The notes beneath the pieces are model-generated. The model worked only from the letters and a program-made list of their open reading frames with translations. It made no database searches and was not told the origin of the DNA. Of a DNA stretch of 52,536 bases, positions 1-9,195 are shown in pieces (within the stretch, counting starts at the first letter, position 1; each line of letters opens with the position of its first letter). The position numbers and the translations under genes are program-made. The DNA is from an uncultured Synergistaceae bacterium (GTDB lineage: Bacteria; Synergistota; Synergistia; Synergistales; Aminobacteriaceae): the NCBI GenBank assembly GCA_964642285.1, contig CAZXOD010000001.1, positions 1 through 52,536 on the forward strand. The letters are read 5' to 3'.

Positions 1-2
1 CC

Positions 3-314
3 TCCATGACCGAAATGAGCGATATCGCCCGTACCTTCACCGAGAACTGGACCAAGGCTCACCCCGACAAGGAGCCCAACGTGAACGCGGCCCTCGGGTA
101 CGACTCCTATATGCTGGTAGCCAACGCCATCAAGGCAGCCGGCTCCGCCGAGCCGGAGGCAATCAGGGAAGCCCTTGAGAAAACCAAGGATTTCCCCGGC
201 GTGACGGGCAGCAAGACCATCAACGAGACTCACGACGCCGAGAGCCCCGTGGGCATCGTGCAGATTAAGGAAGGAAAGAAGCTCTTCATCGGAACCGTAG
301 AGCCCGAGATGTAG
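3..314 (+). CDS. livK: Branched-chain amino acid ABC transporter substrate-binding protein, C-terminal part (5'-truncated by the window)
   Basis: AALGYDS..AIKAAGS..IREAL..FPGVTG pattern typical of LivJ/K C-termini; lies directly upstream of livHMGF. Confidence 0.85.
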   Translation, partial: SMTEMSDIARTFTENWTKAHPDKEPNVNAALGYDSYMLVANAIKAAGSAEPEAIREALEKTKDFPGVTGSKTINETHDAESPVGIVQIKEGKKLFIGTVEPEM

Positions 315-356
315 GGTAGGTTCATTCCCTAACGGTCTTTAAGCGCCTCTAGTCTG

Positions 357-393
357 GGAGGGTGGGGGCATCCGCCTCCGCCCTCCATCTTTT
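357..393 (+). terminator. Intra-operon hairpin/terminator after livK
   Basis: GGAGGGTGGGGGC-ATCC-GCCTCCGCCCTCC followed by ATCTTTT. Confidence 0.6.
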
Positions 394-412
394 GAAGTCA
401 GGGGGAACCTCC

Positions 413-1306
413 ATGAGCGTCAATATGTTTATCCAGCACCTTTTTAACGCGATAACCCTGGGCTCTCTCTACGGGCTTATCGCCATAGGCTATACCATGG
501 TCTACGGAATTCTTAGGCTTATCAACTTCGCCCACGGAGAAGTATTCATGCTGGGCGCCTATTTCATCTTCTTCGCTATTACCCTGCTGAAGCTCCCCTG
601 GGGCCTTGCCGCCGTCGCCGCCGTAGCGGTCAGCTCCCTGTGCGGCATCCTTGTGGACAGGATTGCCTATAAGCCCCTGCGGGACGCTCCCCGAATATCG
701 GCCCTTATCAGCGCCATAGGCGTCTCCTTCTTCATTCAAAACCTGAGCATAGTGATCTTTACCGGCCTCCCCAGAGCCGTTCACAGGCCCGACTGGCTGG
801 TTAAGGTCATCATTGTGAGAGGAATCAGGATTCTTCCTCTGGCCATTATAGTTCCCCTGGTTACACTTCTTCTTGTGCTGGGGCTTCTGTGGGTCGTCTA
901 CCGCACCAAGCCGGGGCTGGCCATGAGGGCCATTTCTAAGGATATCGAGACCACCAGACTCATGGGGGTGTCGGTAAATAAGGTTATTGCCCTGACCTTC
1001 GGCATAGGTTCGGCCCTTGCCGCCGCCTCGGGCATCATGTGGGCGCTGCGGTACCCCCAGATCCACCCCTTCATGGGGCTCTTCCCGGGGCTCAAGGCCT
1101 TCATCGCCGCCGTCTTCGGAGGGATAGGCTCCATCCAGGGGGCCGTGGTGGGAGGCATGTTCCTGGGCATAGTGGAAATCATGGCCGTCGCCTTTTTCCC
1201 CACCCTTTCGGGATACAGGGACGCCTTCGCCTTCGTCCTTTTGATAATAATTCTGTTAATGAAGCCCACCGGACTCATGGGGGAGAAACTGGAGGACAAG
1301 ATATGA
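413..1306 (+). CDS. livH: Branched-chain amino acid ABC transporter permease
   Basis: GSLYGLIAIGYTMVYGILRLINFAHGE and KAFIAAVFGGIGS motifs; ATG at 413 behind a G-rich RBS. Confidence 0.93.
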   Translation: MSVNMFIQHLFNAITLGSLYGLIAIGYTMVYGILRLINFAHGEVFMLGAYFIFFAITLLKLPWGLAAVAAVAVSSLCGILVDRIAYKPLRDAPRISALISAIGVSFFIQNLSIVIFTGLPRAVHRPDWLVKVIIVRGIRILPLAIIVPLVTLLLVLGLLWVVYRTKPGLAMRAISKDIETTRLMGVSVNKVIALTFGIGSALAAASGIMWALRYPQIHPFMGLFPGLKAFIAAVFGGIGSIQGAVVGGMFLGIVEIMAVAFFPTLSGYRDAFAFVLLIIILLMKPTGLMGEKLEDKI

Positions 1307-2349
1307 ACTCCCGGATAAGAAACACAACCCTCAGCGGTCTTTCTGTGGTCCTTCTGGCGGCTTTTATCTGGTGGGCCAACGGCAACCTGGACGGGTATAA
1401 GATCCAGGTGCTCAACCTCATCGCGGTAAATGCCATTCTGGCCCTCAGCCTCAACCTTATCTACGGCTTCACGGGAATGTTCTCCCTGGGCCACGCCGGG
1501 TTTATGGCCATTGGCGCCTACACCTGTGCAATTCTTATCCTGACCCCCGCTCAAAAGGAGCTCATGTGGATCCTGGAGCCCCTGATCTGGCCTCTTTCGG
1601 TGATCCAGGCCCCCTTCTTCGTCGCGGTGGCCGCGGGAGGACTTCTGGCGGCTCTCTTGGGCCTTCTGATCGCGATCCCCGTGCTCCGCCTGGGCGGCGA
1701 CTATCTGGGGATTGCCACCCTGGGCTTCGCCGAGATTATCAGGGTAGTGCTTACAAACCTTGACTTTATCACCAACGGCGCCCTGGGCATCAAGGGCATT
1801 CCCGGATACGCCAACCTGTGGTGGAACTACGGGTGGCTGCTGCTGACCCTGTTTTTCATCGTCAGGCTCATCCGGAGCAACTTCGGCAATGTGCTTAAGG
1901 CCATCCGGGATGATGAAATAGCCGCCAAAAATATGGGGATAAATACATTTTTCTTTAAAGTGGTAGCCTTCTCCGTGGGGGCTTTTTTCGCCGGGGTGGG
2001 GGGCGCCCTCATGGGGAGCCTGGTATCCACCATCGACCCCAAGATGTTTGCCTTTACCCTTACTTTCAACATCCTTATGATAACCGTAGCAGGCGGCCTT
2101 GGCTCCATCACGGGAAGCCTGATCGGCAGCGTGGTGATCACTGTGCTGCTGGAGTGGCTCCGGATTGTTGAAAACCCCCTTGTAATAGGCAGCTTCGAGA
2201 TCCCGGGAATTCCCGGAATGAGAATGGTCATCTTCTCCCTGGCCCTCATCCTGATAATACTCTTCCGCAGCGAAGGAATCATGGGCATGAGGGAGTTCAG
2301 CTGGGACAGGCTGTTCAGCCGCTTCAGCAGAGGAGGCGACGAGATATGA
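1303..2349 (+). CDS. livM: Branched-chain amino acid ABC transporter permease
   Basis: SLNLIYGFTGMFSLGHAGF, LRLGGDYLGIATLGFAEI and AIRDDEIAA motifs; ATGA overlap with livH. Confidence 0.92.
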   Translation: MNSRIRNTTLSGLSVVLLAAFIWWANGNLDGYKIQVLNLIAVNAILALSLNLIYGFTGMFSLGHAGFMAIGAYTCAILILTPAQKELMWILEPLIWPLSVIQAPFFVAVAAGGLLAALLGLLIAIPVLRLGGDYLGIATLGFAEIIRVVLTNLDFITNGALGIKGIPGYANLWWNYGWLLLTLFFIVRLIRSNFGNVLKAIRDDEIAAKNMGINTFFFKVVAFSVGAFFAGVGGALMGSLVSTIDPKMFAFTLTFNILMITVAGGLGSITGSLIGSVVITVLLEWLRIVENPLVIGSFEIPGIPGMRMVIFSLALILIILFRSEGIMGMREFSWDRLFSRFSRGGDEI

Positions 2350-3134
2350 CCGCCCCCATCCTCAGCATCGACAACGTGACCATGCGCTTCGGAGGTCTGA
2401 CGGCGGTGAGGGACTTCTCCATGGATGTGTCCGAAGGCTCCATCGCCGGCCTCATAGGCCCCAACGGGGCGGGGAAGACCACGGTATTCAACGTTATTAC
2501 CGGGTTTTACAAGCCCGCGGAGGGGGCGGTCCGGTTTGACGGCCGGGATATCACCGGCCTGACGCCCCATATGGTTTGCAGGGCCGGAATTTCCCGCACC
2601 TTCCAGAATATCCGCCTCTTTCACAACGAGACGGTCCTCGAGAACGTGATGATAGGTTGCCACGTCCGCAGAAAGGCCGGCTGGTGGGAGGCGCCCCTGG
2701 GCCTTCCTCGTTTCCGCCGGGAGGAGAGGGAGATCAGGGATAAATCCATGGATCTTCTCGAAACCCTTGGCCTGGCGCGATTTGCCGATGAAAGGTCCGG
2801 AGGGCTGCCCTACGGCGCCCAGCGCAAGCTGGAGATAGCCAGGGCCCTGGCCACCGACCCGAAATTCCTCCTCCTGGACGAGCCCGCCGCGGGTATGAAC
2901 CCTCCCGAGACCAGGGAGCTTATGACCTTCATAAGGGGCATCAGGGAGAGATTCGGCATCACCATACTGCTTATCGAGCACGACATGAAGGTGGTCATGG
3001 GAGTCTGCGAATTTATCTGGGTCCTCGACCACGGCGTCAGGATAGCCGAGGGAAATCCCGAAGACATCCAGTCGAACGAAAAAGTAATCGTGGCCTACCT
3101 TGGAGAGGAGTACGTGAAGTATGCTGAAGATTGA
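2346..3134 (+). CDS. livG: Branched-chain amino acid ABC transporter ATP-binding protein
   Basis: Walker A GPNGAGKTT, RTFQNIRLF, LLLDEPAAGMN, IEHDM. Confidence 0.93.
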   Translation: MTAPILSIDNVTMRFGGLTAVRDFSMDVSEGSIAGLIGPNGAGKTTVFNVITGFYKPAEGAVRFDGRDITGLTPHMVCRAGISRTFQNIRLFHNETVLENVMIGCHVRRKAGWWEAPLGLPRFRREEREIRDKSMDLLETLGLARFADERSGGLPYGAQRKLEIARALATDPKFLLLDEPAAGMNPPETRELMTFIRGIRERFGITILLIEHDMKVVMGVCEFIWVLDHGVRIAEGNPEDIQSNEKVIVAYLGEEYVKYAED

Positions 3135-3840
3135 AGAACTCCACGTTAGCTACGGCGCCATTCACGCCGTCAAGGGCGTGTCCCTCTCCATCCCCGCGGG
3201 AAGCATAGTCACCCTAATCGGGGCTAACGGAGCGGGTAAGAGCAGCGTCATCAGAGCCATTGCCGGGCTGCTCCGGGGCGTCAGGGGCAGAATTCTTTAT
3301 ACGCCTCCTGAAGGAGAGGAATTAAATCTTGCCGGCATGGCCCCCGAGGAGATTGTAAAGCTGGGGGTCACCATGAGCCCCGAGGGGAGGCGCATCCTGC
3401 CCCATCTTACCGTGGAGGAAAATCTGCGGCTGGGAGCTTTCATCCGGACTGACAAGGAAGGAATAGAACAGGACAGGGAGTATGTATATGATCTGTTCCC
3501 CCGCCTGAGGGAGCGCTCCTGGCAAAAGGGGGGGACTCTTTCGGGGGGAGAGCAGCAGATGTTGGCCCTGGGGCGCGCCATAATGAGCCGTCCTCACCTG
3601 GTGATGCTGGACGAACCCTCCCTGGGGCTGGCGCCTTTGCTGGTAAAGGAAGTCTTCGACATAATAGGGGAGATAAACTCCCGGGGGAAGACCGTTCTGC
3701 TAGTGGAGCAGAACGCCTTCGCGGCCCTGAAGATCGCAAACTACGCCTATATTCTTGAGGTGGGATCCATCGTACTGGAGGGCAGGGGGGAGGAGCTGCT
3801 GAGGGACGGCAGGGTTAAGGAAGCCTACCTCGGCGGCTGA
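3121..3840 (+). CDS. livF: Branched-chain amino acid ABC transporter ATP-binding protein
   Basis: GANGAGKS, LSGGEQQMLA, LDEPSLGLAP, LLVEQN, C-terminal AYLGG. Confidence 0.93.
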   Translation: MLKIEELHVSYGAIHAVKGVSLSIPAGSIVTLIGANGAGKSSVIRAIAGLLRGVRGRILYTPPEGEELNLAGMAPEEIVKLGVTMSPEGRRILPHLTVEENLRLGAFIRTDKEGIEQDREYVYDLFPRLRERSWQKGGTLSGGEQQMLALGRAIMSRPHLVMLDEPSLGLAPLLVKEVFDIIGEINSRGKTVLLVEQNAFAALKIANYAYILEVGSIVLEGRGEELLRDGRVKEAYLGG

Positions 3841-3855
3841 GGATTTTTATAAAGA

Positions 3856-3895
3856 AAAAAGGGCGATGGGGAGGGCGGAGCCTGTTGCCCTTTTT
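3856..3895 (+). terminator. Intrinsic terminator after the liv operon
   Basis: AAAAAGGGCGATGGG ... CCTGTTGCCCTTTTT inverted repeat ending in a T tract. Confidence 0.55.
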
Positions 3896-3950
3896 AAAGG
3901 GCTGTACTAGACTGTTAGGATTAACGAACCAGGGGGAGGATGAGGCAGGC

Positions 3951-4520
3951 TTGAAGAGGGTTACCTGGAATATTCCCAATATACTTAGTCTCTTGAGGGT
4001 GTTTCTCGCTCCGCTGGTGCTTATCTTCCTGACCTTCAAATTCACTTATCCCGTCTACATAGTGGAGGAGCTTGAACTGCGGGTGACCGCCGGCGACCTT
4101 CTGGCGGGGACGGTCTTCATTTTGGCCGCCCTGACCGATACCGCCGACGGGTATATCGCCAGAAAAAAAGGAATGGTCACCAATCTTGGCAAATTTATCG
4201 ATCCGGTGGCGGACAAGATCCTGGTGATGGCCGCCCTCATCTCTCTGGTGGAGCTGCACCGCATCCCGGCGTGGATCGTCGTGGTAATTCTGTCCAGGGA
4301 TCTCATAGTCACGGGCGTTCGCATGGTTGCCGCCGCGGAAGGGGTTGTTATTCCCGCGTCCCGGGGGGGCAAGGTTAAGACAGTCTTCCAGATAGTTGCC
4401 ATATCCATGCTTATTTTTAATCTCCCTTTCGGAATCCAGGTCATGTGGATAGCTATGGTGCTGACCCTCTGGTCGGGCATGGACTATCTCCTCAAGGGAA
4501 AGAAGCTTTTCACCAACTGA
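3951..4520 (+). CDS. pgsA: CDP-diacylglycerol--glycerol-3-phosphate 3-phosphatidyltransferase
   Basis: NIPNILSLLR and the CDP-alcohol phosphotransferase motif DTADGYIAR..TNLGKFIDPVADK; TTG start behind GGAGG is inferred. Confidence 0.92.
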   Translation: MKRVTWNIPNILSLLRVFLAPLVLIFLTFKFTYPVYIVEELELRVTAGDLLAGTVFILAALTDTADGYIARKKGMVTNLGKFIDPVADKILVMAALISLVELHRIPAWIVVVILSRDLIVTGVRMVAAAEGVVIPASRGGKVKTVFQIVAISMLIFNLPFGIQVMWIAMVLTLWSGMDYLLKGKKLFTN

Positions 4521-4551
4521 TCCGGCCCGCGCTGCGCTAAGCATAAATACT

Positions 4552-4581
4552 TTGACCCGATCCGGCCCCCGGGCATATAAT
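4552..4581 (+). promoter_or_regulatory. Sigma70/SigA-type promoter for secA
   Basis: TTGACC - 18 bp - TATAAT. Confidence 0.6.
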
Positions 4582-4620
4582 GACCGGGCGCCGGGCGCTA
4601 TTCTATTTTGAGGTGACGCT

Positions 4621-7299
4621 ATGCTCGATAAAATAAAAAAAGCTCTGGGTCTCGACCCCAATGAAAGGGCGTTGAAACGCTACAGGGAGAGGACGGAGGA
4701 GATCAACCTCCTGGAGGCCGAAACAGAGGCCCTCTCCGACGAAGACTTAAGAAAAAAGGGCGACGAATTCCGAAGACGCCTTGGAGAGGGAGAGACCGAG
4801 GACGATATCCTGGCCGAGGTGTTCGCCGTAGTCCGGGAGGTGTCCAGGCGCACCATCGGTCTGCGCCATTTCGACGTCCAGCTTATGGGCGGAATGGCCC
4901 TTCACGAGGGAAAGATCACCGAGATGAAGACGGGAGAGGGCAAGACGCTGGTGGCCACCCTGGCGGTGGTGCTGAATGCGCTCTCCGGCAGGGGCGTCCA
5001 CGTGGTAACGGTGAACGACTACCTTGCCCGCCGGGACGCCGCCTGGATGGGGCCCATCTACTCCTTCCTGGGCCTGACCGTGGGAGTAATCTACGCCTAC
5101 ATGGAGCCGGAAGAGCGCCTTGCCGCCTATCGCTCTGATATCACCTACGGAACCAACAGTGAGTTCGGCTTCGACTATCTCAGGGACAATATGGCTGTTT
5201 CGATGGAGCACCTAGTCCAGCGGGGGCACGCCTACTGCATCGTCGACGAGGTGGACTCCATCCTCATCGACGAGGCGCGGACGCCGCTGATCATCTCCGG
5301 TCCCTCCGACGACAATGTGGACATGTACACCCTGTCCGATAGAACCGCCCGGCAGCTTAAAGAGGGGCGGGACTACGAGAAGGACGAGAAGGAACGGAAC
5401 GTGGCCATGACCGAGGCGGGGATTGCCCGGTGCGAGGAGATCCTGAAGATGCCGGACCTCTTCTCCGACGCCGCCCACTCCGACCTTGCCCACAGGATAG
5501 TCCAGGCTCTGAAGGCCCGGGTGCTGTTCCAGAGGGACGTTCACTACGTGGTTAAAGACGGGGAGATCGTCATCGTGGACGAGTTTACGGGGAGGCTTAT
5601 GGTGGGCCGCCGCTACTCCGACGGACTCCACCAGGCCATTGAGGCCAAAGAGGGAGTCAAGGTGGGGCGGGAGAGTCAGACTCTGGCCACCATCACCCTT
5701 CAGAACTACTTCCGCATGTACCGCAAGCTGGCGGGCATGACGGGCACGGCGGCCACAGAGGCGGAGGAGTTCAAGGAAATTTACGGCCTTGAGGTTATTG
5801 TCGTCCCCACCAACGTGGACATGATAAGGGAGGACAACCCTGACGCCATCTACAGGACGGTGACCGAGAAGTTCGCCGCCGTGGCCGACGAGATACAGGA
5901 GTCCCACCACGCCGGCTGTCCGGTTCTGGTGGGCACAGCTTCCATTGAGAGCTCCGAACGGCTCAGCAAGCTTTTAAAGGCCAGAAAAATCCCCCACCAG
6001 GTGCTTAACGCCAAGCACCACGAAAGCGAAGCTCAGATCGTGGCCCAGGCGGGACACCTGGGCGCCGTCACCGTGGCCACCAATATGGCGGGCCGGGGGA
6101 CGGACATTCTTCTGGGGGGCAACCCGGAGTACCTGGCAAAAGAGGCCATGAAGGCCCGGGGGGGCGACCCCTCCGGGGATAAAGAGGCCTACGCCTCCCT
6201 GCTGGAGAAATACAAAGAGCAGTGCCGCCAGGAGCGGGAAAAAGTAAAAGAGCTGGGAGGCTTGAAAATCCTGGGCACCGAGCGACACGAGGCCAGGAGG
6301 ATCGACAACCAGCTGCGGGGAAGGGCGGGCCGCCAGGGAGACCCCGGATCCAGCCGCTTCTACCTCTCCCTGGAGGACGATCTGCTGCGCCTCTTCGGGT
6401 CGGAGAGAATTCAGGGCGTCATGGAGAAGCTTGGAATGGAGGAGGGGGAGTCCATCGAACACTCTCTTCTCACCAAGGCCATAGCCTCCGCCCAGAAGAA
6501 GGTGGAGGAGCTTCACTTCGATATACGAAAGCAGCTTCTGGCCTACGACAACGTCATGAACCGGCAGCGGGAGGCGGTATACGGCGAGAGGGAGCAGATC
6601 CTGTCCGACGGGGATGTGATGGACCACGCCTGGGACGTGATCGAGGGAGTTATCGAGGATGTGCTGGACAGATACTTCCCCGAGGAAGGGGAAGCGGACC
6701 CCGCCAGGGCCCGGTCCCGGCTGAAGAGCCTTTTCGGTCCCGGCCTGGAACCCTTTCTTGAGGGGGTGGACAACCCCCGGGATATGCTTCTCCGCAGGGA
6801 CGACCTGAAGGACGAGGTAAGAAGACGCTTTCAGGAGAAAGTAAAATCCCTGGGCGAGGAGGAAAGCGGCGCCCTGATGCGCTTCCTTGTCCTCCACACC
6901 CTTGACAACGGCTGGAAGGACCACCTGCTGGCCATGGACGAGCTCCGCCGGGGCATCGGCCTCAGGGCCATCGGGCAGAAGGACCCCCTGCTGGAGTATC
7001 AGTTCGAGTCCTACAACCTTTTCCAGCAGATGATGGAGAGAGTGAGGGAGTCGGTGGCTGAGCTGGCCTTCAGGGTGCGGGTGGCCTCCGAAAGAGAGGG
7101 AGCCTCCCCCCGGGAGCGGAGGGAGAGCCGGGAATTTATCCTGCCCTTCAGCCCTGCGGCAGAAACAGTGCCCCACCCGGGAAATGTGGGGGAGGGGCCC
7201 AGGCAGCCCGTAAGAAAAGGGGCCAGGATCGGCAGAAACGACCCCTGCCCATGCGGCAGCGGAAAGAAATATAAACATTGCTGCGGCGCCGGAAAGTAA
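4621..7299 (+). CDS. secA: Preprotein translocase ATPase SecA
   Basis: MKTGEGKT, DEVDSILIDEARTPLIISG, ATNMAGRGTDI, QLRGRAGRQGDPG and C-terminal SEC-C motif GRNDPCPCGSGKKYKHCC. Confidence 0.98.
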   Translation: MLDKIKKALGLDPNERALKRYRERTEEINLLEAETEALSDEDLRKKGDEFRRRLGEGETEDDILAEVFAVVREVSRRTIGLRHFDVQLMGGMALHEGKITEMKTGEGKTLVATLAVVLNALSGRGVHVVTVNDYLARRDAAWMGPIYSFLGLTVGVIYAYMEPEERLAAYRSDITYGTNSEFGFDYLRDNMAVSMEHLVQRGHAYCIVDEVDSILIDEARTPLIISGPSDDNVDMYTLSDRTARQLKEGRDYEKDEKERNVAMTEAGIARCEEILKMPDLFSDAAHSDLAHRIVQALKARVLFQRDVHYVVKDGEIVIVDEFTGRLMVGRRYSDGLHQAIEAKEGVKVGRESQTLATITLQNYFRMYRKLAGMTGTAATEAEEFKEIYGLEVIVVPTNVDMIREDNPDAIYRTVTEKFAAVADEIQESHHAGCPVLVGTASIESSERLSKLLKARKIPHQVLNAKHHESEAQIVAQAGHLGAVTVATNMAGRGTDILLGGNPEYLAKEAMKARGGDPSGDKEAYASLLEKYKEQCRQEREKVKELGGLKILGTERHEARRIDNQLRGRAGRQGDPGSSRFYLSLEDDLLRLFGSERIQGVMEKLGMEEGESIEHSLLTKAIASAQKKVEELHFDIRKQLLAYDNVMNRQREAVYGEREQILSDGDVMDHAWDVIEGVIEDVLDRYFPEEGEADPARARSRLKSLFGPGLEPFLEGVDNPRDMLLRRDDLKDEVRRRFQEKVKSLGEEESGALMRFLVLHTLDNGWKDHLLAMDELRRGIGLRAIGQKDPLLEYQFESYNLFQQMMERVRESVAELAFRVRVASEREGASPRERRESREFILPFSPAAETVPHPGNVGEGPRQPVRKGARIGRNDPCPCGSGKKYKHCCGAGK

Positions 7300-7327
7300 C
7301 GGCGGCCGCCTGTTGGGGGATGAGAGA

Positions 7328-9154
7328 ATGAATAAATTCACCCGTTCCGGAATTCTGTTGACCATGCTCATCGCGGCAGTTTTTCTTCCCTTTTCCGGAG
7401 TAGCGGCCCAGGGGGCCGTCTACTCGCCGGATATCTCCCGGATGATCCAGGAGAGTCCCCACTTTTCGGACCACGACGGGGAGGACGGGGTGATATGGCT
7501 TAAGGAGAGCGAACATTCCCTGCAGGCGGACGGCTCCATGATCCGGCGGATGAACCTGGTTGTTCTGGCCAGGCGGGGGATAGACGACATGTGGACCCGG
7601 TGGAGTTTCCCCGTTCCGGAGGGGGGCTCCGTCAAAATTCTGTCGGCATCCCTGTACGATCCCGGCTCAGGACGGATCCTCAGCCCCGTGCTCCCCAGGA
7701 CGGTGGAGGAGAATGGGACCGTATTTACCGAGGCCATGTTCCCCGATCTGCAGGAGGAGTTCATAATTGTGCTCTCCGTGGAGGAAATTCTGCCCAAGGT
7801 GTTTGCCGTGGAGGATTTTCTCTGGGTCAACGAAGGCCTTCCTCTATGGGAGCAGAAGGTAACGGTGAATGTGCCCGCCGGCATGGAGCTCTTCGTAGAG
7901 TCCAGCGGAGCGGGGGAGCTGCGGCGGGTGAAGACCGCCGGGGGCGAAGAGTACTCGTGGAACATAGTAAACAGCCCCGCCTGGACAGGCAGAACCCTTA
8001 AAGCTGACGACCGGGGCTTTATCTCCTTCAGCACCAGAAAAGGAACCGAGGCCCTGGCAAGGAGGCTGTCGGCCCTGGAGGGAATCCTGACGCCTCAGCC
8101 TCCGGCGGCGCTTCAGAAAATCCTCTCCCAGGGCAGTCCGCTGAAGACGGGCCAGGGGGTCATAGACTGGATAAGCAGGGCGCCAGGCTTTCCGCGGGCC
8201 TTCCCCTCTTCTTTTGTCAGGAATGATATTCCGGCGGAAGGCCCGTGGACCGAGTGGGAGAAAACGCTCCTGCTCTACCGCTGGATCCGTAAGGCGGGCT
8301 GGGAGAGCAAACTCCACTGGCTGGCGGCTTATCCCTTCACCAACGCCTCGGCGGCCCCGGAAAGGGCGGTCATCAGGCCCGTCCTTGAACTGAGCGCCCC
8401 CGGCGTCTCCCCCTTCTTCTGCGACCCGGGGAGGGCGGGGAGCCCCAACGAGACGCCTCCGTCCCTTTGGGGAAAACACCTGGTCATGGTCTCCGGCGCG
8501 GGCATAACGGGCAGGACCGTGTCGGGAAGCGCGGCCTCCGAGCACCGGCTGTCCATTGAATGGGTCCTGGGCCTTGAAAAGACGGGCGTCGCAGAGGGTA
8601 CCGCAAACATATTCGTCCGGAACGGCTGGGTGAATTTTTTCTTCCCAGGAGGAAAGCCTGACGGGGAGTCCGTGGAGCGACTGGCTTTGGAGCTCTTCCC
8701 CGGAGTCAGGTTTTTAAAGGAGGAACGATCCTTCACCCCGATAAAGTACGGCTGGAAAGTTACGTTTAAGGCGGAGCCGAGGCAGTCCATCGTCAGCGGC
8801 GGCGCCATGCTCGTTCCCCTGCCGGGGGCTCTTCCCTCCTGGATAGGGGAGCTCTCCCGCGACCGCGGTGACTACAGCCTTAAGTTTCCCTTCGTAATCG
8901 AGCAGAGCTTTGCCCTTAAACTGCCCCCGAAGACGGAGGTAGTAATGTCGCCTCAGACGGCGGCCAGAGACCTGGATAAGGTAAAGTATTCCGAGTCCGT
9001 CTACCACAATAAGAGAAGGAATACTATCACTACTGGGGCGAAGATTATTGTAACTACGGACAGGGCGGGCGATCTCGCGGCCAGGGGACTGGCGGAAGCG
9101 GCCCGGAGGTGGATGGACTACGCCTCCAGAACTATTCCCCTGCGGGTAAAATAG
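7328..9154 (+). CDS. Exported DUF3857/transglutaminase-like-fold protein
   Basis: Signal-peptide-like N-terminus; N-terminal domain resembles DUF3857; central EKTLLLYRWIRKAGW helix resembles a transglutaminase core; beta-rich C-terminal region. Confidence 0.6.
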   Translation: MNKFTRSGILLTMLIAAVFLPFSGVAAQGAVYSPDISRMIQESPHFSDHDGEDGVIWLKESEHSLQADGSMIRRMNLVVLARRGIDDMWTRWSFPVPEGGSVKILSASLYDPGSGRILSPVLPRTVEENGTVFTEAMFPDLQEEFIIVLSVEEILPKVFAVEDFLWVNEGLPLWEQKVTVNVPAGMELFVESSGAGELRRVKTAGGEEYSWNIVNSPAWTGRTLKADDRGFISFSTRKGTEALARRLSALEGILTPQPPAALQKILSQGSPLKTGQGVIDWISRAPGFPRAFPSSFVRNDIPAEGPWTEWEKTLLLYRWIRKAGWESKLHWLAAYPFTNASAAPERAVIRPVLELSAPGVSPFFCDPGRAGSPNETPPSLWGKHLVMVSGAGITGRTVSGSAASEHRLSIEWVLGLEKTGVAEGTANIFVRNGWVNFFFPGGKPDGESVERLALELFPGVRFLKEERSFTPIKYGWKVTFKAEPRQSIVSGGAMLVPLPGALPSWIGELSRDRGDYSLKFPFVIEQSFALKLPPKTEVVMSPQTAARDLDKVKYSESVYHNKRRNTITTGAKIIVTTDRAGDLAARGLAEAARRWMDYASRTIPLRVK

Positions 9155-9195
9155 CGGCGGAGAGCGGCGAAAGTTTTTTGGGAGGTGCAGACCTT

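Noticed and set aside
2198-2211. Noc-binding-site-like AGATCCCGGGAATT (a similar partial match lies near 50483)
   Set aside because: Three mismatches to ATTTCCCGGGAAAT, and CCCGGG cores are common at this GC content; I saw no perfect site by eye
9155-9195. T-box leader for argS (and likewise for lysS)
   Set aside because: The intergenic spaces are far too short and contain no T-box motif
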